Shown here piece by piece: positions 59,034 to 64,000 of a stretch of DNA of 64,000 nt. The translations under genes and the position numbers were made by a program. This DNA is from an uncultured Gemmatimonadales bacterium (GTDB lineage: Bacteria; Gemmatimonadota; Gemmatimonadetes; Gemmatimonadales; GWC2-71-9), in contig CAWGSK010000015.1 in NCBI GenBank assembly GCA_963825055.1, forward strand, positions 103,942 to 167,941. The letters are read 5' to 3'. The notes beneath the pieces were generated by a model. That model saw only the letters and a program-made list of their open reading frames with translations. It ran no database searches and had not been told where the DNA came from. Numbering within the stretch: position 1 is the stretch's first letter; every line of letters begins with the position of its first letter.

Positions 59034-59822
59034 ATGACCCGATACACGGCCGTTCCGATCGTTTTCCTGGCCCTGCTCCTGGGGTTTGCAGGCTTCGTCC
59101 TGCTGGCCCAGCGGAGCATCCTGTTCCCCCGCCCGGTCCAGTTCACCCGCCCATCCCGCGGCCCCGCCGAGGTGGTCCCTCTGTCCGAGGGCGGAGGGTT
59201 GTTTCTCGATCCTGGGACGTCAGGGCGCGGGCGGGCGCCTCTCCTGATCTTCCTGCATGGCAACGGGGAAACAGCCGATCTGTGGGTTGATGATTTCGCG
59301 CTCCCGCGAAAGCGTGGATGGGCAGTGCTGTTGGTGGAGTACCCAGGGTATGGCGGAACGCCAGGCTCGCCTTCGGAGCGGTCCATCGTCACGACTTCTC
59401 TGGCAGCGTATGACTGGGCGATCCATGATTCCCGAATCGACTCCTCGCGTATGGTGATCTACGGTCGCTCGCTGGGAGGTGGGGCCGCAACCCAGCTGGC
59501 GATCCGACGGCCGGTTGCAGCCCTTGTACTTGAGTCAGCATTCACGAGTGTCCGTCCGCTGGCGGCACGATTTCTCGTTCCCGGCTTCCTGGTGCGTGAC
59601 CCCTTTGATAATCTCAAGGCCCTTCGGGACTTTCGCGGTCCGCTCCTGGTCATGCATGGACTCAGGGACGACATCGTGCCGCCAGATCAGGGCCGGGCGC
59701 TCGCAAAGGCGGTTCCCGGCTCAACATTCCTGCCTCTGCCCTGTGGTCATAACGACTGTACACGCCCATGGCCAGAGATTTTTGACTGGCTGGATCAAGC
59801 AGGAGTTTCCGCCGGCGAGTAG
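59034..59822 (+). CDS. Alpha/beta hydrolase (ABHD13/BEM46-like)
   Basis: FLHGNGE, EYPGYG, GRSLGG, LESAFTS, HG..D.IVP, GHND. Confidence 0.92.
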   Translation: MTRYTAVPIVFLALLLGFAGFVLLAQRSILFPRPVQFTRPSRGPAEVVPLSEGGGLFLDPGTSGRGRAPLLIFLHGNGETADLWVDDFALPRKRGWAVLLVEYPGYGGTPGSPSERSIVTTSLAAYDWAIHDSRIDSSRMVIYGRSLGGGAATQLAIRRPVAALVLESAFTSVRPLAARFLVPGFLVRDPFDNLKALRDFRGPLLVMHGLRDDIVPPDQGRALAKAVPGSTFLPLPCGHNDCTRPWPEIFDWLDQAGVSAGE

Positions 59823-59840
59823 ACTGCCGTAGTCGTTCCT

Positions 59841-61049
59841 TCACGCATCCTCCAGGGCTCGTATCTGATCCGCTGCCTTCTGCAGCGCCTCCGCTCGCTT
59901 CCGACTGCCGACTGCCGACTGCCGATTGCCGGCCTGCCACTTGCCACTTGCCTCTGGCCTCTCCTCCCATAGTTCCAGCTGCACCCCCACCTCCACGAAC
60001 CGGTCTACCGTGACCGCGAGTGCGCGGATGGCGACCGGCCGCTGGTTGGCGTGGGTGAACGCCCGTCGCGCGGCGTCCCAGAGTTCGACATCCAGCATGG
60101 CCGGTTTCAGGGCGATGCTTCTTCGGGCGCGCTGGTAATCGGTGTAGGCCAGGTCCACCGTCAGACGCTGCGCGCCCAGGGCGCGCTCACGCAGGCGCCG
60201 TCCGAGCCGCTCGGACTGGGCGCGGAGCAGCTGATGCAGGCGGCCCAGATCGTTCGTGTCTCCCGCCAGGGTATGGACGGCGCGGAACTCGGCTTTGACT
60301 TCCGGGGGCAGCACGGGACGGGGGTCGATCCCGCGCGCGCTGGCGTGGAGCCGGCGGCCCGGTGTACCCAGCACGCTCATGAGCTGCGGCTCCGAGAGCT
60401 GGGCCACTTCGCCGATCAGCTCGAGCTGGTATTCGTCGAGCCGGGTGCGCACCGGGTCGGGCACACCCGGCAGGACGCGCACCAGGTGGGGCGCCAGGAA
60501 TCCGGGTTCTTCCCCGCCCGGCACGTAGAGCGGGCCGGGTCCGCCGCCTTCGGCCACGCGGGGGCCGGCCTGGTCCTTCGCGACCGTGGTGGCGGCCTCG
60601 CTCACCAGCTTGCTGGTGGCGGCGCCGACCGCGAGCGGCAGGTTCATCCGCTCCCGCGCTTCGCGCTGGATACGGTCAGCCACGTCCACCGGTGGGCCGA
60701 AGAGCCGGCCGGTGCCGGTGATGTCCAGATATGCGTGCCCGTAGCCCCGCGGCTCGATCACCGGGGCGTAGTGGGCCATCACTTCATGCAGCGCCTTCGA
60801 CGCGCGGGCGTAGAGCCGCGGGTTGGGCGGGAGGATTACCAGGTCGGGACAGAGCTTTCTGGCGCGCTGCACCGGCATCCCCCGGGTGATCCCCGCGAGC
60901 TTCGCCTCCAGCGACAGCGCCAGCACCGTGGCGCGGTCGGCCCCCGGCGGCGCGATCACGATCGGCCGGGACCGGAGCGCCGGCGCCACCAGCTCCTCGA
61001 CGGTGGAGCAGAAGGCGGGCGGGTCGATGAAGAGGATGGAACGGCGCAT
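59841..61049 (-). CDS. Y-family polymerase homologue, catalytically degenerate (ImuB-like)
   Basis: FIDPPAF, S.EA..AG...GM....A..LCP; SxDE replaced by GYGH; GID; QLELW clamp-like motif. Confidence 0.85.
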   Translation of the reverse strand: MRRSILFIDPPAFCSTVEELVAPALRSRPIVIAPPGADRATVLALSLEAKLAGITRGMPVQRARKLCPDLVILPPNPRLYARASKALHEVMAHYAPVIEPRGYGHAYLDITGTGRLFGPPVDVADRIQREARERMNLPLAVGAATSKLVSEAATTVAKDQAGPRVAEGGGPGPLYVPGGEEPGFLAPHLVRVLPGVPDPVRTRLDEYQLELIGEVAQLSEPQLMSVLGTPGRRLHASARGIDPRPVLPPEVKAEFRAVHTLAGDTNDLGRLHQLLRAQSERLGRRLRERALGAQRLTVDLAYTDYQRARRSIALKPAMLDVELWDAARRAFTHANQRPVAIRALAVTVDRFVEVGVQLELWEERPEASGKWQAGNRQSAVGSRKRAEALQKAADQIRALEDA

Positions 61050-61050
61050 T

Positions 61051-61118
61051 GGTAGTGACTGGTGATTAGTGACTGGTGACTAGTGCCTGCTCCCTACTCC
61101 CTACTCCCTACTCCCTAT
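61051..61118. repeat. GTGACTG/GTGATTA heptamers then CTACTCC heptamers
   Basis: Directly visible, immediately upstream of the imuB-like start. Confidence 0.9.
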
Positions 61119-61138
61119 TGCCGATTTCCAGCCCGCCA

Positions 61139-61161
61139 TACCGAACATATTCCGAAGTCAA
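61139..61161 (-). promoter_or_regulatory. Candidate SOS box and -35 of imuB-like gene
   Basis: Plus strand TACCGAACATATTCCGAAG, overlapping minus-strand TTGACT. Confidence 0.6.
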
Positions 61162-61208
61162 GCCGGCAGCAACCTTGTTATTTCCGGCTCCAGGGCTAAG
61201 TTCAGAAA

Positions 61209-61223
61209 AATTGTTCAACAATT
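61209..61223 (+). promoter_or_regulatory. Putative GntR/FadR operator
   Basis: AATTGTT-C-AACAATT palindrome 15 nt upstream of the GntR start. Confidence 0.65.
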
Positions 61224-61238
61224 CAACAAAGTGGAGCC

Positions 61239-61895
61239 ATGGCGACGGAACTGCAGCGAACCAGCACAGTGGGGCAACTGACCGACGCGCTTCAGGCGGA
61301 AATCCTGTCGGGAACCCTGGTCCCGGGGTCACGATTGCGGGAAGCCGAGGTGGCTGCGCGGTTCGGGGTTTCGAGGAACACGCTGCGGGAGGCCTTCCTC
61401 GAACTGGGACGGGGGGGTCTGGTGGAGCACCACCCCCATCGGGGAGCGACGGTAGCCCGGCCGTCGATTGCGGAGGTGCGCGAGGTATTCCGGGTTCGGC
61501 GGGCGCTCGAGCCGGCCGCCCTCCGGAGAATCGACCTGCCACGTCTGCGCCGGCTCGGGGAACTGGCAGGGTCACTCGAGGAAGCGGCAGCGCGGGAGGA
61601 CTGGTCCACCCTGGCGGATCTCGATGTCCGCTTTCACGCGGAGGTGGTCGGGGCGATGTCTTCCGCCCGGGTCGATGAATTCTTTCTCTCCCTCCTCCAT
61701 ACCCTCCGCCTGGCCTTCATGGCGGCCGACCGCCTGAGTGCGGGAACGGCCCCGCCTGCGCATGTCGGCGAGCACCGTCGAGTCGTCGAGATCATGGGAA
61801 GTGGCCGGCTGGACGAAGCCGTGTCCATCCTCATGGTCCATCTCGACCTGTCGGAGCAACTGGTGCTGGACGGCCTGGCGGCGGAGGGCCCATGA
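61239..61895 (+). CDS. GntR family regulator (FCD domain)
   Basis: I..G.L.PG.RL.E...A..FGVSR.TLREA; D..FH and EH FCD motifs. Confidence 0.93.
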   Translation: MATELQRTSTVGQLTDALQAEILSGTLVPGSRLREAEVAARFGVSRNTLREAFLELGRGGLVEHHPHRGATVARPSIAEVREVFRVRRALEPAALRRIDLPRLRRLGELAGSLEEAAAREDWSTLADLDVRFHAEVVGAMSSARVDEFFLSLLHTLRLAFMAADRLSAGTAPPAHVGEHRRVVEIMGSGRLDEAVSILMVHLDLSEQLVLDGLAAEGP

Positions 61896-63991
61896 ATCGG
61901 CGAGACACCGCAGGCCCGCTGCTGTTCGTTGCCTGGCTCAGTTTCGCCGTCAGTACCGCGGGATGCGCATCGGTCGCTGCGAACCAGTCATCGCCCTGGC
62001 TCAGGGTGGGTTCCGAAGGGCGTTCGCTGGAGATCTTCCCGGGGACGGTGGAGATTGCCGGGACGGGCGCCCTGGAGTTTGCCGATGGCCGCCGCATCAT
62101 CCTGGTGCCCGCCGGCTTCGCGGTAAGAGCCGATGGAGGTTCCGTCTCCGCTGGGTCCGTGGCAGGCGCCGATGCCGTGCGCCTGACCGATGCCGACGGC
62201 AGCGTCCGCTGGACGATCCGGCGAGTGCCGGAAATGCCTGCCGGAGAAGGCTCGCGGATACGCGACCAGGGACGAGGCTCCGCCCGGGTCGATGCCGCCA
62301 CCCCGATGCGTTTCTTCCTCTCTGTCGACGGTGCGGGCCGGACCGAGTTCTTTCATCCGGACCGCCCCCCACCGGGCCAGGGGCGCGATTCCCCCGTCTC
62401 CCGCGTGCGGCGGATGCTGGAGCGCTATCAGGGGTACGGCGCCACCGGCCTGGTCGCGTTCAGCCGTGACGGCGGCACGATCCAGGTGGCCGGTGCCGGT
62501 TCGCGCGACAGTGCCGGCAGGGATCCGCTCGAGCGAAATACGATCTTCGAACTCGGCTCGCTCACCAAGCAGCTGACCGCCGCCGCGGTCCTGCGGCTGT
62601 GGGAACGCGGCCTCCTGGCTCCGTCCGATTCGCTTGGACGGTTCATCGACGGCCTTCCTGAAGACGTCGCGACCATCACCCTGCACCAGATGATGACGCA
62701 CACGTCCGGGTTACCGGAGGACGTAGATGTGCCCCGCGACGATATCGAGGCCGTCCGGAGCGAGCTGCGTCGAGTGAAGCTCGACTTCGCACCCGGGAAG
62801 GAATGGAGCTACTCGAACTTCGGATTCGTGGTCCTCGCGGCGCTGGTCGAGCAGGTCTCGGGCGAGCCCTATCGGCGGTTCGTGGAGCATGAACTGCTCC
62901 GGCCCTCCGGTGCCGGGGACATCGGCTTCCCGTCACTCCACGGCTGGCCCGCTTCCCGTTTCGCCGTCGGTGCGAGCGGGCCGCTCGGCACGGCACGGGT
63001 CACGCGCTACTGGCCTGTGCAGGAGCGTGGCTGGAACGCCCGGCTGGGCGCCAGCGGTGCCGTGGCGTCCATGCCCGCGCTGCACGACTGGTTCCGCGCC
63101 CTCGTGAGTGGCCGCGTCTTATCGGACTCGGCCACGGCGCGGATGTTCGAGGAGCACGACCCGGAGATCGCCTACGGCTGGTTCTACATGCGGAGCGGCA
63201 CTGCCACGGCCATCGCGCACGGCGGAGATACGGAGGGCACCCAGACCTTCCTGCGCTACCGGCCCGACCTGGATCTCGTCATCGCGCTGGGCGTCAACGA
63301 CCGGCGTGGCTGGCGCGGACCGCTGCTGCGTGACGTGATCACCATCCTGGAACAGGACTCCATGCCGGATCTTCCCCCGGCGGTGACGCCAGTATCACCG
63401 GATTCTCTCGACCGACTCGCGGGCATCTACCTCATGCACCGCGACACGCTCACGCTCACGCGTGAGGGCAATGGCCTGCGCGCGGCAGCGCGCGGGCCTC
63501 ACGCCGTGGCGATGATCGCGGGGGCCGACTCCGCCCGCGAAGCCGAGATGTGCGACCGCTCGACTGAAGCACGGGCGTTTCTCGGCGCGCTGCTCGCGGG
63601 AGATTCGGCGACTGTCTCCTCGGAACTCGCTGAGGAGAATCGGCAGGATTCCTTCTGGCGGGTATGGAACGCGCTGGGAGAAGGGCACGCCCGCAAGCCA
63701 ACCGGATTCGAGATTCTCGGGACTATTCCTGATCGTGCCGGCCGCATCGTCACGTTTGCAAAGATCGAGTTTGCCACCGGCAGCGAGACCCTTCGCCTCG
63801 TCTGGCGCCCGCACCTGGCTGGGTGGGGAACCGGAGGCGACACACCATCCCGCGTCTTCCGTCCGGTCGGCTCGAATCGCCTGGTTTCCTACGACCCGAC
63901 GCTCGGCGAGGCGGTGACCCTGACGGTACGGCAGGGCGCTGGCGGAGTGGTGGTGCGGGATGCGTATGGGAGGGTAGCGAGTAGCGAGTAG
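61892..63991 (+). CDS. Serine hydrolase (beta-lactamase/AmpC-like) with N- and C-terminal extensions
   Basis: F.LGSLTK (SxxK), THTSG, YSN, HGG; signal/lipoprotein-like N-terminus; stop lies in GCGAGTA repeats. Confidence 0.88.
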   Translation: MNRRDTAGPLLFVAWLSFAVSTAGCASVAANQSSPWLRVGSEGRSLEIFPGTVEIAGTGALEFADGRRIILVPAGFAVRADGGSVSAGSVAGADAVRLTDADGSVRWTIRRVPEMPAGEGSRIRDQGRGSARVDAATPMRFFLSVDGAGRTEFFHPDRPPPGQGRDSPVSRVRRMLERYQGYGATGLVAFSRDGGTIQVAGAGSRDSAGRDPLERNTIFELGSLTKQLTAAAVLRLWERGLLAPSDSLGRFIDGLPEDVATITLHQMMTHTSGLPEDVDVPRDDIEAVRSELRRVKLDFAPGKEWSYSNFGFVVLAALVEQVSGEPYRRFVEHELLRPSGAGDIGFPSLHGWPASRFAVGASGPLGTARVTRYWPVQERGWNARLGASGAVASMPALHDWFRALVSGRVLSDSATARMFEEHDPEIAYGWFYMRSGTATAIAHGGDTEGTQTFLRYRPDLDLVIALGVNDRRGWRGPLLRDVITILEQDSMPDLPPAVTPVSPDSLDRLAGIYLMHRDTLTLTREGNGLRAAARGPHAVAMIAGADSAREAEMCDRSTEARAFLGALLAGDSATVSSELAEENRQDSFWRVWNALGEGHARKPTGFEILGTIPDRAGRIVTFAKIEFATGSETLRLVWRPHLAGWGTGGDTPSRVFRPVGSNRLVSYDPTLGEAVTLTVRQGAGGVVVRDAYGRVASSE

Positions 63992-64000
63992 CGAGTAGTG

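Noticed and set aside
58860..59840. Integron cassette around the alpha/beta hydrolase
   Set aside because: No attC-like RYYYAAC...GTTRRRY palindrome or integrase seen.
59841..61049. Active DNA polymerase IV (dinB)
   Set aside because: Catalytic SxDE motif is replaced by GYGH.
61892..63991. Antibiotic-resistance beta-lactamase
   Set aside because: SxxK/YxN/HGG with long extensions fits the broad serine-hydrolase/peptidase family; resistance cannot be inferred.

Overview
High-GC bacterial chromosomal segment. Gene content and style (several eukaryotic-like Ser/Thr kinases, outer-membrane and periplasmic proteins) suggest Gemmatimonadota; this is inference. About 45 CDS, mostly housekeeping or envelope genes: fused 2-oxoacid dehydrogenase E1, Lon, a diguanylate cyclase, a MacAB-like ABC system, peptidases, an aconitase-family fusion, PfkA, a folate/pterin cluster, a DEAH helicase, IspH, and a split DnaE2 + ImuB-like mutasome. 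No rRNA, tRNA, CRISPR array or transposase was recognised. Highlights not explained by the ORF track: (1) a SelW/Rdx-type selenoprotein (CVVU) with a SECIS-like hairpin; (2) a shared TACCGAA-N6-CCGAAG box in the promoters of both mutasome genes, a candidate lineage-specific SOS/LexA operator; (3) a Cys/His/Met-rich leader ORF ending in a polyproline motif ahead of a porin operon; (4) about 19 loci of 7-9 bp tandem repeats in which two-armed loci always run G-rich then C-rich, and which invade gene ends; (5) a structured RNA candidate upstream of the helicase; (6) a quinone oxidoreductase with two +1 frameshifts. Start codons were re-picked by eye.
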